Assembly: GCA_951406725.2 (NCBI GenBank)
Contig: OX597815.1
Coordinates: 161,262,001-161,326,000 of the forward strand
Source of the DNA: Octopus vulgaris
Taxonomy: Eukaryota
Direction: 5' to 3'
Length of the DNA: 64,000 nucleotides
Each line of letters opens with the position of its first letter. Within the stretch, counting starts at the first letter, position 1. This document shows, in pieces, positions 1 to 14,100 of this stretch. The notes beneath the pieces are model-generated. The model saw only the letters and a program-made list of their open reading frames with translations. It made no database searches and was not told the DNA's origin. Made by a program: the position numbers and the translations under genes.

Positions 1-2063
1 TTAATAATTAGAAAGTAATTGAGGCTTTGATTGAATTTTTTTGGATGATTTCCATAGCCTTTATTCCAGCCATGCAATCTGTATTGTTTCTGACTTTATA
101 TTTCTGACTTTAAAACATGTATTATTCAGTCAGTCACATTCTTCATTAGTCTGTTATTTAATTAAATTTCAGCTGTGATATATTGCTTTTATTGCAACAC
201 ACTTTCCACACACGAATTCTCATTAACAAGATTTATTTTAGTTCTCAGCTAACTTTATATCTGAACTGGAGTTACAATTGTTCTCTTGCAAGAGTAAAAC
301 TTTTCTTTATGCGAAAGCTATTGTCGTTTTTGCCTTTTCTCATTTTGTATTTACCATTTGTTTTCCAACACTTATTGTATTCCATGGCGTACAAGATGCA
401 CTTATCTCGAAAAACGACCCCAAGTCCTATATGTAAAGTTGAACTTGCTATAGATTAATTCTCCTTTAATGCATTACAAATTGTTTTACTTGCAAATGAG
501 CTGCTGAAACTGGGATGCATCAAATATCCCCTTGCATCTATTTTGCCTGTGTATCAAATTTTTCTCCTTTCTTTTCATCCCATCAAATATGGTACATGAA
601 GGCACATGGCCTGATAGTCAGGGTGTTACACTCATGATCACTAGATAATGGGTTCAATTCCCAGACTGGACAGTGTATTACATTCTTGAGTAAAACACCT
701 CATTTCACATTGCTCTAGTGATGTATGGAGATTGGCATGTCAAAAATTGGACCCAATATTTCTTCTGCATGTCGTAAAAAGTGACCAAACGCAGTTAAGG
801 TAGGATTTGTACTCCAAACTTGTAAAACCCTCACCAGTAACAACTACCAAAACAGACCCATCAGTTGGAAGGTTGTTGCCTGAATAGTGCAAAGATATTA
901 TCCACCAGGAGTAGGGAATCACCAACAAATGGTAGATGCAGCTATGCACTGTTACAGTGCATCCAATATTACTACTACTAAATATGGTACTCGTTTGAAA
1001 AATTTGTCGAGAACTCACACTTCCATTATATCTTTCTTACAGTGATACTGAGTGGGTTTTGGCTGTTCTGTGTGATAGAAACATTGGCTGCCTCCTTCCT
1101 TAAGTAACATACCTTCAACTACAGCAAGCATACATATATGAAGTGGCCACCTTGTGTGGTCAGTACACTCCTTGTTACACCATTACTTTCCAAACTGAAA
1201 ACATGGGAGGAATTACTTGTGGATTTTAGCTTAGTTTGTATTTTGGCTTTGCTTTCCGTGTAGTTATATGTTTAATATTTGATGAGAGGAAAGTTCTGAA
1301 GAAATGCTGGCATTAAAAAATAATTAAACAAGATGCTAACATTTGAGCTAATGAAGAAGCCTCTTCTAATTACTACATTTCTAACTGTGACAGTGACAAG
1401 AGAGTGTTACTAGTTGTTTCACTTTGCCACCCATATTTATATCTTAATTCTCATCATTACTTGTATGGATGTAATGAAATTTGTTGAGACAGATCTTTTC
1501 TAATTAGATCCTCATCTGTTTTGATCCTTACCTGTTTTGAAGCAATATTTCCTTTAGTTCTTTTAATACAAACACTCCAATTTCTAGACGTTTTTTCATG
1601 GAAGGCCGCAAATGAATGACACTGCTTATATGACAATGATAATAATATATAGTTAAGGCTCAGCAAGGCTTAAATCAGTCCAAGACTGTGGTAGAAAGCA
1701 CACTGGCTATTGTGCAGTGAAAATAAATCTGAAACCATGTAGTTAACCACACAAATACATATGCTCAAACACACACACACACACACACACATGCACACAA
1801 ATACACACACAAACACACATGCACACAAATACACACACAAACACACACACATACACATGCAGATACATACACACATGCATGTACTTTAAAGGCAGTTACA
1901 GTTTTAGTCTATTGGCTTCCACACACAAGGTATTGGTTAACTCAAGATGATGGTCTCCAACCTGAATGATTCATTTTCTGACACATGGCACAGTTGGACC
2001 AAACTTAGAGCTATGTAGCTACAAAGTGAACTACTCTCATTCATATCATCATTATTTGTCTTA

Positions 2064-2293
2064 TTAAACCCTTTTGTTACCAACCCGGCTGAAACCGACT
2101 CTGGCCCTGTAGTACAAATGTCTTGTTTTCAAAAGTTCTGAATTAAAATCTGCCACCAAACCTTAGTCACACTTTATGTTCCTAACACTAGCTTAATGAT
2201 AACTAAGGTATTTTACCAAATTCTTTGTTATATTTAAAATAATTGAAAGAAACACAGAGCATCCCAAAATAAATACAATAACAAAAGGATTAA
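2064..2293. mobile_element. piggyBac-like MITE family P1, copy 1
   Basis: TTAA-flanked, with ends ccctttt.../...aaaagga. A close second copy lies at 29375-29604. Confidence 0.65.
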
Positions 2294-2408
2294 TTCAGCC
2301 GTTTTTCTTCAGCTGCATCAGTCTCAGCATCAAAATTGCTTCCAGTGATCACAGTCACATTTCCTTCATTTTAAACTTAGACTACAAAAGGAGTCACAGA
2401 ACATTAAA

Positions 2409-2978
2409 TTAACCCTTTAACATTCAGATTGTGAAGGCGCATGGCTTAGTGGTTAGGGCATTCGGCTGACGATTGTAAGGTCGTGAGTTCGATTCCCGGC
2501 GATGCGTTGTGTCCTTGAGCAAGACACTTTATTTCACGTTGCTCCAGTCCACTCAGCTGGCAAAAATGAGTTGTACCTGTATTTCTAGGGGCCGGCCTTG
2601 TCACACTCTGTGTCACGCTGAATCTCCCTGAGAACTACATTAAGGGTACTCGTGTCTGTGGATTGCTCAGCCACTTGCACGTTAATTCCACGAGCAAGCT
2701 GTTCCGTTGATCGTATCAGCTGGGACTCTCGTCGTCGTAACTGACGGAGTGCTCCTACCTAACATTCAGATTACTCTTGCAAAAGTAATGCTTATCTATT
2801 CATGTTATTTTGAATTAATCTCACATTATCTTATAGCTTCAAGATTTCAATGGTGTGTTTGTATATTTTTAGTATGACATTGTAGGTTAGGTGCGAGCAG
2901 TTGGATCTGGTCAGTTTTAACATAAAACAGAAAGATTATTTGGGCCTGATATGGCTGGATTAAATGCTAAAGGGTTAA
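2409..2978. mobile_element. piggyBac-like MITE family P2, interrupted by a SINE
   Basis: ttaa|ccctttaacatt ... aatgctaaaggg|ttaa TIRs. Related copies at 19757-19981, about 26040-26223, 44249-44476, 53693-54110 (two in tandem) and about 63100-63223. Confidence 0.7.
2431..2759 (+). mobile_element. Full-length tRNA-derived SINE with CORE-like segment
   Basis: A box tggcttagtgg, B box gagttcgattc, CORE-like gtgtccttgagcaagacact. Perfect 13-bp TSD taacattcagatt (2418-2430 and 2760-2772). A diverged copy lies at about 39648-39980. Confidence 0.85.
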
Positions 2979-4679
2979 ACTCAGAATTGTACATAACCCA
3001 TCACATTTACTGCGCTGTCATACACTCAGTGTAATGTTTGATAAAATCATGGCTGGATTCAAAATACTATTATCTCCAAGATGATGTTAAAACAATTTTA
3101 TATACATAAAAATCATAAAGCTCTAACCTTGGAAAATTTTCAATTTTTGTCTGGTTTACAGTCAGCCCACTTTTGGAAACCATTGCACATATTTTCTCAT
3201 GATTAAATGATTTGAATTGTGTGTGAGTGAATGTGTGCATGTGTGTATTTATATGTATATATATGTACTCACATAACTAGAACTATTAGTCTAGTTTTGT
3301 TTCTTTACTTTTCTTGTTTTTCATGTTACCAGCAACACGTGACTCTTGAGGCATCAGTGTTTCTCTTGTGCTGATTTGCTGGCCTTCACCAGCTGATAAA
3401 CAGTCCATAAATTATCTTTAGTTCATTTTAGAATTGAAATTTCAAGGTCTCTTAGGTCTGATATTGTTCTGCTGTAATTGTTGAGTAAATACTGGTAATT
3501 TTTGGCCCTGGGTATGGCTTTAAACTGCTTCCAGTGGTGGAACCCTTGTTTGGGAGTTCCAGGATTTTCAGGAGTGTGGAACCATCTCTTGAGCACTATT
3601 TTCCCCCATGTCTGCATTATCCCTGAGTAGTATCACTTGTCAGGGTTCCTCCTATGGATTAATAAGCATGTTAGGGTTTGCCTCTCTATGCATGTGTAAA
3701 CTGGGTCTGCTGGGGAACTCTGTTTCTGGTGAAAGTTTCATGGTGCAATGGAAGGTAGAGGGGAAGATTTCAGCAACTCATTGCTGAGTAGAGAGTGAGA
3801 AGAGGCAAGGAGGACACTGTGGTCTTCTACTTCATCCTTCTCTGTTCCAAGTCATCTTGACCTGGTCTTGCCACTGGATTGAAGATGGTTACAAATGAGA
3901 GAATGATCTTGAGAGTGCTTGGTACTTATTCTATCGATATCTTTTGCCAAACTGCTAAATCATGGGAATACAAACACATCAACACCAGTTGTTAAGCAGT
4001 AGTGGGGGACAAAAACAGACACAAAACACAAGCGCACATGCACATGCACGTGCACACACACACACATGCACACACCTATTAAATAAATTGACTGCACAAA
4101 TCATCAGTCATCTTTCTGTATGACTAGATGGTCCTCATTGCTCCTACAGACAAACATACCTAGTAATTTGCATTTTGTCCCATTCATATTGAACTGGCAA
4201 TAAACAATCTGATGAAGAAGAAGAATTGTCTTATCTGAGGCAAACATATTAACAATTCAGGCATGTTTTTGTTTTATTAGATCTCCTTGTCAATGGGTCA
4301 GCTAGATTGATGAAGAGATAGGAATATACACATATGCAGACAGAGATTGTAGATACTTTGCACAATACAACATAAATCTCGAGAGAAATTAAGTAACCCA
4401 GGGATATTATCTGCATTCAAAATAAATGGTGAAGTAAGTACACCTAATGTGGTGAGCACCTTTTGATCAGAAACTTAAAGTCAGATTATCTTAGTAGTCT
4501 TGATGTATTCACAAGAACTTGGAGTTTTGGTATATATATATTAAAGAGAAAACAAAGAAGAAGCTTGTTTATATATATAAGGAAAACTGAATTTAGTAAT
4601 TGAAATACTTGAAAAAACAACAGGCAGACCATTTGTTATCTCATATTTCCTGTGACAGTGGTCATATTAAAAGGTAAGG

Positions 4680-5015
4680 TAAAGGGTAAAAGATTCCCTT
4701 CAGTCATGAATGACCATGATTGCACCTAGAAAGTGCTGCTCCAAGGCACAAGTTCGAGCAAGGTTGTTTATGGAAGACCAGCTGTTGCTCATGCATACCA
4801 GCTTCCCCTCTCCACACCACTGATGTTATCCAAAGGAAAGGTAACTGCTAATGCAGCTTGGCACCTGTGATGTCACCACTCATTTTTACAGCTGAGTGAA
4901 CTGGAGCAACATGAAAAAATAAAGTGTCTTGCACAACACACAGCCCAGTCTAGGAACCAAATGCACCACCTCATGATTGTGAGCCCATTGCTCTAACCAT
5001 TGAGCCATGCACTTT
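4680..5015 (-). mobile_element. tRNA-derived SINE, same family as 31650-31997
   Basis: The reverse complement carries A/B boxes and the same body as the + copy at 31650-31997. Confidence 0.7.
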
Positions 5016-5245
5016 CATATTAGTGCAGCTGAAATGCAGTTTGACAGACTAAAGTCAAAGACAATCTACTGTATTTTCCAGCACACAAGCTGAATTTCCC
5101 AGACCAAAATATGCAACCAAAAAAGGCATGTTGACTTACACACCAAGATGATTTTCAAGGACCAAAATTCTATGTGAAATGCAGCAGAATTCAGAAAGGT
5201 AGTGACAATGTTTGAATATTTACACTATATACAACATTGATTTTT

Positions 5246-5550
5246 ATGGTATGGTGTACAGATAGAATAACAACAAAATCCTTAGGTGAGCAGGAAATAC
5301 CAGAAAAAAATTCTTGATGATTTGAACACAAGAAGCAATGTTCATTGAATATTGTATGAGAAGAGAAAACCTTGAACGATTAATGACATCAGAAAAACCA
5401 AAAGAAGCTAGGAAAGACAGAAAGAGAAGAAACTCAATAACCTTACCAACTGCCAACATGAAAGAATGTTCCAGTACCTTGCTAGGTCATGTGTGACACA
5501 AGAGCGGGTAGAGGTTGATGATTGCTGCCACTTGAAGATATGGTACATGG
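5246..5550 (+). mobile_element. Decayed RTE-clade LINE, C-terminal ORF remnant
   Basis: Frame-disrupted WCTDRIT..., FIEYCMRRENLERLMTSEKPKEARKDRKR and ...LMIAAT resemble the RTE W.D.I.N / F.GHVMR.E.LE.L...GK..G.R.RGR tail. Confidence 0.6.
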
Positions 5551-6051
5551 AAAAGGAAAAAAGATATGATATTACTATCTCAGTTGTTTGTCCTGTAAAC
5601 AATTAGTTCTTAGAAATAGATTGTACCAGTATGAATTTCTGAACATCAAAGAACGTCACTCAAAGACAAACTGGTAAAGTGCCAAATCCAGAAAGAATTG
5701 TGATATGTTTCACAAGTGCAATGAAATTAATACTTTGAGTATTATGGAATATGTAAGCTCAGTTAATGATTCTTCAAGATGGTCCTCCTCCAGGATAAGA
5801 TCTTTCCTTAGTTTAAAATTTCTTCCTCCTTCTCTGTCTCCTTCCGTTATCAAACTGCTACCTATTGACCCAAAGAAGTCTATGATTGAACCTTCCATGG
5901 TTGCTGCTGAACCTGCTAAAAATAGCAGCCAAATGTCTCTTTCAACTCACATACTAATGTTTTTAAGAGGAAGGAAAAGGTTACATTGAATAATGTCATG
6001 TAACCTTACCCACTGAGCCATGTGTCTTCACTGTGTGTGTGTATATATATA

Positions 6052-6225
6052 TCATCATCATCATCATCATTTAGCGTCCGCTTTCCATGCTAGCATGGGT
6101 TGGACGGTTCAACTGGGGTCTGGGAGGCCAGAAGGCTGCACCAGGCCCAGTCTGATCTGGCAATGTTTCTATGGCTGGGTGCCTTTCCTAATGCCAACCA
6201 CTCCGTGAGTGTAGTGGGTGCTTTT
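6052..6225 (-). mobile_element. RTE LINE 3' UTR fragment ending in (GAT)n
   Basis: Reverse complement of the tail at about 45930-46108. Further copies at 38789-39350, 49335-50050 and 56525-56690. Confidence 0.7.
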
Positions 6226-6337
6226 ATATAGATATATATATATATATAAATTAAATTAGAGATAAAACCACTATTAGGCAACTCAAACAGTGATAGACAT
6301 AAACCAAAACATAAAAAACAAAAAATAAATATAATTA

Positions 6338-6395
<58 letters not shown>

Positions 6396-6622
6396 TGCTG
6401 GATGACTGGATGGATTGATTAGTAAGTGTGCATGTGTGTTTTGGCAAAAGAGGTATACATCAACAAGGAAATTTGTTGTTGTTGTTGTTGATGTATCAAA
6501 TACAACTTCCTTGCTTCCTTGTACCTGAGCTGCCCCAAAGACAGTTAGTATCTCTTGGCTTCGTAAATATGGCGAACTAGTGATTAGCTTGTTGACAATC
6601 CCATTATCTGTTGTGGTATTTT

Positions 6623-7033
6623 GGATGGCTGTGTGGTAAGTAGCTTGTTTACCAACCACATGGTTCCGGGTTCAGTCCCACTGCGTGGCATCTTGGGCAA
6701 GTGCCTTCTGCTATAGCCTCGGGTCGACCAAAGCCTTGTGAGTGGATTTGGTAGACGGAAACTGAAAGAAGCCTGTCGTATATATGTATATATATATATG
6801 TATGTGTGTGTATATGTTTGTGTGTCTGTGTTTGCCCCCCCCCCCCATCGCTTGACAACCGATGCTGGTGTGTTTACGTCCCCGTTACTTAGCGGTTCGG
6901 CAAAAGAGACCGATAGAATAAGTACTGGGCTTACAAAGAATAAGTCCCGGGGTTGAGTTGCTCGATTAAAGGCGGTGCTCCAGCATGGCCACAGTCAAAT
7001 GACTGAAACAAGTAAAAGAGAAAGAGAAAGAGA
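6623..7033 (+). mobile_element. SINE family A (tRNA-like head, CORE-like segment, internal TA/TG microsatellite)
   Basis: tggctgtgtggtaag...ggttcagtccc...cttgggcaagtg...gactgaaacaagtaaaagag; many copies across the window. Confidence 0.85.
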
Positions 7034-7647
7034 ATATAAAAAGACAATAAATAAAAATAAACAAAAATATCTTTTGAAAGGGATCAACAACTGGCCATGA
7101 ACTACAGACACACATATTACTCTATTTCTAATGCTTTCAACAAAAGCTCCACTATCTTACATAACTATGCCTTCTTTAGTTAGTGTTTTTTTTTTTTATT
7201 CTTAATTATCTCCTACAATCCCAGGTTAACCTAATTGTTATTCTGAAAAAAGGCCTAAAGATATAGGTGAAAGAAAATGAAAGAGGAAGCGAAGAAAACG
7301 AAAAAAAACCCATTTTCGTTTACCTCTTTTATTGCATTAACTACATTTATATATTTATTTCTGCTGCATGTGTTATACTAGAGGTCATAAAACAAACTTG
7401 ATACAGCAAAAAAAAAAAAAAAAAAGACAGAAGTTGTTGAAATTTCTATTGAAATTAAATGTGTTAAACTCTCATCAGAAAATTCACACAAAAGATTACA
7501 AAAATAGCATCTGAATATGTTTCAAGCTTTAACACAAATATTTCTTATGTTTTATTTATAATTTTTTTTCTTGTTGTTGCTCTTCTTTTTTTTTTTCTTT
7601 ATTTTATGATATTTGTTATTATTAGTAATCATTGTCTTCATTATTAT

Positions 7648-8020
7648 TGATTGAGAGAGCAATGCATGTCATCGAAGTGACCTTGAGGTACAAATACATA
7701 AAGCCCAATATACCCATCATGACTACACATGTGATAAGTATACACCAGGCATATTCATCGCAACCATATGTGTACAACATGATGACCTTATATCAAGGTA
7801 AACAGTATATGACCTTACAGGTGGGGCCCAGTTAGAATTCTTTTCAGGCCAAGAAGGCCGTCCTGCTCAAAAGGCCTCTGAAATGAAACACCCATGTTTC
7901 CAGAGCTGAAATATTCAAACCATAAAGAATTTGTTTCAACACATGACTATGATGCTCCCTAACTACTTCTGCTCATGTCAACAACTACTATTGTCAGTCA
8001 CTGCCTGGTATTGCATCTGT
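7648..8020 (+). repeat. Interspersed repeat, probably a LINE 3' region; second copy at 24620-25130
   Basis: Shared aagcccaatatacc.atcatgactac...tcagtcact...gccactgcctggta.tgcatc between the two loci. Confidence 0.6.
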
Positions 8021-8049
8021 GCTGCTGCTGCTACTACTACTACTACTAC

Positions 8050-8080
<31 letters not shown>

Positions 8081-8089
8081 AATGATGAT

Positions 8090-9317
8090 GATAATCCTTT
8101 CTACTATATGCACAAGGCCTGAAATTTTGAGGGAAGGGACTAGCCAATTACATCGACCCCAGTGTTTCACTGGTACTTAATTTACTGAACCCGAAATGAT
8201 GAAGGCAAAGTCAACCGCGAAGGAATTTGAACTCAGAATGTAGCAACAGGCGAAGTATCGCTAAGAATTTCACCTGGTGTGCTAACAAATCTGCCAGCTC
8301 ACTGCCTTAATAATAATACTAATACTACTACTACTACTAATAATAATAATAATGAGCTAACATAGTTGTTAGTGCATCAGAAAAATGCTTAGTGGCATTT
8401 CCTCTGACTCTTTTCATTCTGAGTTCAAATCCAGCCAAGGTCAAACTTTGCCTTTTGTCCTTTCAGAGTCTATAAAATAAAGTACCAGTCAAGTACTGAG
8501 ATTAATCAACTAATCCCTTCTTCTTATTGCTACCATTGCATGGTATGCACAAATGTGTTACATTTGGAATCAATATCTTTAATACCAAGTCACAACCAGT
8601 TTCCTTAGATATCAAAGACCTTTTGAACAATCCTAGCAGTTCCTAACAGAGTAGATTTCTGTACTTATGCAATTCTCTTTCTTACACTGATCTCAATAAA
8701 AATCTACCTGATCTGTTGGTAATAGTACCTACAGTGCCTATAACAGTGCCTCTCATCTATAATGAAGCACTCTTTTGACATTTTGTCCAGAATGATAATA
8801 TTTGGTCATCTTCAGCAGAGAGCTGGCAGAATCGTTAGCATGCTGGGCAAAATGTTTAGTGGCATTTCATCCATTCTTATGTTCTGAGTTCAAATTCCAC
8901 TGAGGTTGACTTTGCCTTTCATCTTTTTGGGGTCAATAAATTAAGTACCAGTGAAACACTGAGGTTGATGCAATTGACTAGTCTCCTCCCCTACAAAATT
9001 TCAGGCCTTGTGCCTTTAGTTGAAAGGATTATTATTATAATAATTTAAGGCACCAAGCTGGCAGAATCATTATCATGCCAGGCGAAATTCTTAGCAGTAT
9101 TTCATCTGTCGCTACATTCTGAGTTCAAATTCCGCCTTTGTCTTTCATCCTTTCAGAGTCGATAAATTAAGCACCAATGGAACACTGGAGTCAGTGTAAT
9201 TGACTCGTCCCCATCCCCAAGTTTTAGTCCTTGTGCCTATATTAGAAAGGATTATTATTATTATTATTATTGTTGTTGTTATTGTTATTATAATTATTAT
9301 TATTATTATTATTATTG

Positions 9318-9367
<50 letters not shown>
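8090..9367. mobile_element. Cluster of SINE family B copies (one -, three +) with (TAA/TTA)n tails
   Basis: gagctggcagaatcgttagca...tctgagttcaaattcc...gactttgcctttcatcc...aagtaccag motif repeated. Confidence 0.8.
8587..8750 (-). mobile_element. Dong/R4-clade (REL endonuclease) non-LTR retrotransposon 3' remnant
   Basis: Minus strand reads VIGTVGTI and, after a frameshift, VQKSTLLGTARIVQKVFDI*. This matches the R4/Dong C-terminus (V.GALG...LQK..LLGTA.I.RKVL). Confidence 0.65.
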
Positions 9368-10300
9368 TTCCTTCACATATATTGTATATGATGTATACTT
9401 CCTTGTTAATACTGTATACCAATATATACAACCTTTCTTTTTTTTTTAAATCATTCCATTCTATGTAAATCCCCACACCTTGTTTTCAAACTAAACCCCC
9501 CCCCATCCATTGCCCTGGTGGCAAATAAAAGAAATCATTGTTGTTGTTCTTCTTCTTCATGCTGTAGCTGTTGTTGTTGTTGTTGTTGTTAGATCTGAGA
9601 GGTATTCTAGGTTAAGATAACCTTCACTAAGCACATTAAAACATCAAACATCCAGCTAGTTTTTCTTGTACACGTTCTGAGAGTAAACAGCTTTATTTCT
9701 CTATCTCCTTCCTCTCTACTTCATCAATGATATACAATGTTCACATGTGCCCGCACACACATACACACACACACACACACTTCTCTTTTTAATGATGTTT
9801 GATAGGATTGCCAAGTCTTTTCAAGTAAACTATATTACCTATAAACCTTGTGCTGTTTCCACACATGTATATATTGACTACAGATATCTTTGAGTTTTTT
9901 TTTTTACTTGTTTCAATCGTTGGACTGTGGCTATATTGGGGCACTATCTATTTGAGTGAACTGACCCCAATATTTATTTTTTGTTGCCTTATACTTATTT
10001 AATTGATCTCTTTTTTCTGACCTAGTAAGTTATGGGGACATAAACAAATTAACACTGGTTGTGAAAAATAGTGGGAACACACACACACACACATGTATAT
10101 AGATAAATAGATAGATAACAAAACAGGAATTGGATACTTTTTGGTATTATTCATTCACCATTACACATGTTTCTTTTGCTAATAGGAATTGTAAAGATTT
10201 ACATGTTATATAGACATGTAAAGAATTCCCTATTAGAAATTCTTAAGATAGAGAAATTAAATAATACTCAACTACCTACATAATACATACATATATATGA

Positions 10301-10347
<47 letters not shown>

Positions 10348-10378
10348 GGGGCTTCTGTGAGTTTCCATCAATGAATCC

Positions 10379-10414
<36 letters not shown>

Positions 10415-10674
10415 CATCATCATCGTTTTTATCATCTACTTTTCCATGCTTACATGATTTGGATAGAATTTTTTAAAGTAGGTTTTATATGGCCAGATGC
10501 CCTTCATCTCATCAACCCTTGCTTGTTTTGAAGTAAGGTAGTATTACTCCTTGGTTTAGACATGTTTTCATGCAAAATTGGACATGAAGGGCATCATGAT
10601 TCTAACATTTGCTTACAGCCGTCAGGCAAAGTCAAGGAACGAAACTGTAGCACAGACTCACACAAACACCATAA

Positions 10675-10707
<33 letters not shown>

Positions 10708-10815
10708 TGTATGTATGTATGTATGTATGTATGTATGTATGTATGCATGTATGTATGTATGTACGCATGTATGTGTGCATATGTATGTATGCATGTATGT
10801 ATATATATATATATG

Positions 10816-10846
<31 letters not shown>

Positions 10847-11167
10847 ATGGCAGGCTTCTTTCAGTTTTTGTGTATCAAATTCACTCACAAATCCTTTGGT
10901 TTACCCAGAGCTGTAGAAGACAACTGCTTGAGGTTCAATCTCACTTTCTTACCATACAGCTATATATGTATGTACATGGGTATGTTTTCTGTTGTTGCTT
11001 AGACCTATGTAAGAGCTATGTTCAAAGGCATTCTTCCACAGCCATCATGGGTTATTTTCCAGACAGAGTATTTTGGATTATATGATGCCATGTGTACTGG
11101 GGGAAGTACACATGCCATCATGCTAAGTCTTTCTTCTGTCATATCCTACTGAAAAGGTGTGACGGAA

Positions 11168-11572
11168 GGGAATTTTGGTCAGTTAATTTTAGCAGGTCAA
11201 CCAACCACATATAGAATTTCTTGTTGGCGTGGTATGTCTTCCATTTAAACTTATTTGGTTCTCAGTTATGGGAGGTAATTTTTGCCAGTTATTTTTAGCA
11301 GATCAATCAACCATAAACAGTATGTCTTGTTAGTATGGTATGGTTTCTGGTTAAACTGGCATTGTTCTCATTCGCAGTGAGGAATTTTGATCAGTTATTT
11401 TTAGCAGTTCAGTCAACCATGTATAGGGTCTCTTGTTGGCATGGTATAACTTCTGTGGTTCTCAGTTACAGAAGGAAATTTTAGCTTGTTATTTTTAGCA
11501 AGTCAAGTAACCATGTATAGGATCTATTATTGACATAGTATAATATCCATTTGAACTTGTGTTGTTCTCAGT
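11168..11572. repeat. Degenerate tandem repeat, about 4 units of about 100 bp
   Basis: Unit gaatttt...gtta.ttttagcag.tcaa.caacca...ttgttggc.tggtat...gttctcagtt starts near 11168, 11273, 11381 and 11474. Confidence 0.75.
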
Positions 11573-11810
11573 TTTGTTCATTATTATGGGTCACTGGCAA
11601 TTAAATTTACAATAAGTGGCATATTTTGTTAGTAACATTTTAAAATGAAATAATGTTTTGAAGTTAAACATTGAGAAAAATGTAAAAAAAAATAAATGAA
11701 AAGAAAAGAAATGGTTTATATCAGGTGTCTTGAAAAACGTATTATTCAGAATGTTGTGTGTAAACAACTTTATAAAGGAATAAAATCACAAAATTATCAA
11801 TGTTATCAAT

Positions 11811-12132
11811 AGGAGTGGCTGTGTGGTAAGTAGCATGCTTACCAACCACATAGGTCTGGGTTCAGTCCCACTGCATGGCACCTTGGGCCGATGGAAACTG
11901 TATGTATATACATATGTATATATGTATGTGTGTGTTTATGTCTTTGCTTGTCCTCCCGCCATTGCCTGACAACTGATGCTGGTGTGTTTATGTCCCCGTA
12001 ATCTAGCAGTTCAGCAAAAAAGGATCGATAGAATAAGTACTAGGCTTACAAAGAATAGATTTGTTCGACTAAAGGTGGTGCTCCAGCATGGCTGCAGTCA
12101 AATGACTGAAACAAATAAAAGAATAAAAGAAT
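11811..12132 (+). mobile_element. SINE family A, internally deleted
   Basis: Head and tail match 6623-7033. Confidence 0.8.
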
Positions 12133-13689
12133 AGTAACTCGTTTTTCAAGAATGGATTTTCTAAAGCCTATAAGTATATTTCCTTTTAAGAACCCTTATA
12201 AAGAAATTTTCCAAGGTGGAGCAAGCACTTTCAGGTCCCCTAGGAGCAGGTCCCTCTTAAAATTCAAAGGAGCCTTAGTTGACAGAGTAGGGCCAGGAGA
12301 GAGGAGCCCTTCAGATATTTCAGAACCTCTTCATAAGTTCTCTGATACCGAGCCCAACCATTATGGGTCCTCATATGTCTGCAATTATCTGGTACCATGC
12401 TTAACTTAACACATCATTAATTCTCTTTACACCTTCCCTCTGATGTACTCAGTGTACTCAATACAAACAGCATCCTCCAATTTTGGATTATCAGCCCTTA
12501 TACTCAACCACTGTACCTTTTATACATTAAATGCTTTACTCAAAGTCAGATATAGAGTGAGCCACTACACTTACACACACACATATATGTATGTGTGAAA
12601 TCATATTTGTGGTCAGTGCATGGATCCCATGGTCAACTAATACTTGTTTTATCAACCCCAAAAAGATGAACAGTAAAGTCAACCTCAGCAGAATTTGAAC
12701 TCAGAATGTGAAGATAAATGAAAATGCTGCTAAGCATTTTACCCAGCATACTAACAACTCTGCCAGCTCTCCGCCTAGATAATGATAATAATAATAATAA
12801 TAATAATAATAATATAAATAATAATAATAATAATTATAGTAATAACATTGGTTTCAGATTTTCACACAAGGTCCGCAATTGTGGGTGTGGGTGGGGGTGT
12901 AAGTTAATTACAGTGAGCCTAGTACTAAACTGGTTTATCAACCCTGAAAAGATGAAAGGCAAAGTTGACCTTGACGGAATTTGAACTCAGAATGTAAAGA
13001 CGGACAAAAATGCCGATAAGCATTTTTTCTCGGTGTGCTAATGATTCTGCCAGCTCAACACTATAATAGTAATAATAATGGTGATGATGATAATAATTAT
13101 GATATTGGTTTCTAACATAGACACCAGGCTACAAACCTTTTGGGTGGCATTTAGTTATTTTATTCAATCTAGTTATATACAAGTATTTTTATAAGTCTTT
13201 GGTATGGGCAAAGTGACAATATTATTTTTATATTCTTTAAGGCTGTTGTACAAGATTTTTTTTTTATTTTGTTTGCTTGTGGGTTGGTGTGGTTTGTTAA
13301 TCAGTCTTTGTAGGGCAGGTGTGTGTAAATTACCTATTGATTGTGAAATACAACTGGTTGTTCTTGTTTTTTCTCTATGAGTCTTTGTTTACTTATCTAT
13401 AGAAAGCTTTTTTTTCTCTGTGACATCATGGGGTGGGGGACACCCCAGACGTCAAGAAGGTTCACGGGACATTTAGTCTCATGAACCTAATCAAACACAC
13501 TCCACATACACTCACTGACACATTCACACACTCACACTTACATAAAGTACACATGCACACACATAATATATTCATGATTGTGTATGTATTTATGTATAAA
13601 TGCATATATATGTATGAGTGTGTATGTATACATATATGATATTTGTGTGTGTGTGTGAGTGTGCATCTATATATGATATAGATCAGGGG

Positions 13690-14100
13690 TTACTCTTTTT
13701 ACTTATTTTCAGTCATGTGACTGTGGCCATGCTGGAGCACCACCTTTAGTTGAGAAAATCAACCCCAGGACTTATTCTTTGTAAGCCTAGTACTTATTCT
13801 ATCGGTTTCTTTTGCCAACCACTAAGTGTCAGGAATGTAAACACACCAGCATCTGTTGTCAAGCGATGTTGGGTGGGACAAACACAGACACCCAAGCATA
13901 TACACACACATACATATATAGATATATACATATATACGATGGGCTTCTTTCAGTTTCCGTTTACGAAATCCCCTCACAAGGCTTTGGTTGGCCTGAGGCT
14001 ATAGTAGAAGACACTTGCCCAAGGTGCCATGCAGTGGGACTGAACCCGCAACCATATGGTTGGTAAGCAAGTTACTTACCACACAGCCACTCCTACACCT
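13690..14100 (-). mobile_element. SINE family A
   Basis: Full-length reverse complement of 6623-7033. Confidence 0.85.

Noticed and set aside
2431-2505. tRNA-like sequences with A/B boxes
   Set aside because: They are SINE heads continuing into a repeat body with a TSD, not tRNA genes.
3420-3720. Possible decayed Penelope GIY-YIG remnant on the minus strand
   Set aside because: Similarity is too weak to support by eye.
10562-11085. Long ORFs rich in YVCM/IYIY/HTHT (also 16555-17780, 21780-22861, 46084-48005, 58410-58786, 63680-63976)
   Set aside because: They are translations of microsatellites that lack stop codons.
11168-11572. Regularly spaced repeats as a CRISPR-like array
   Set aside because: Eukaryotic context; whole units are homologous with no unique spacers.
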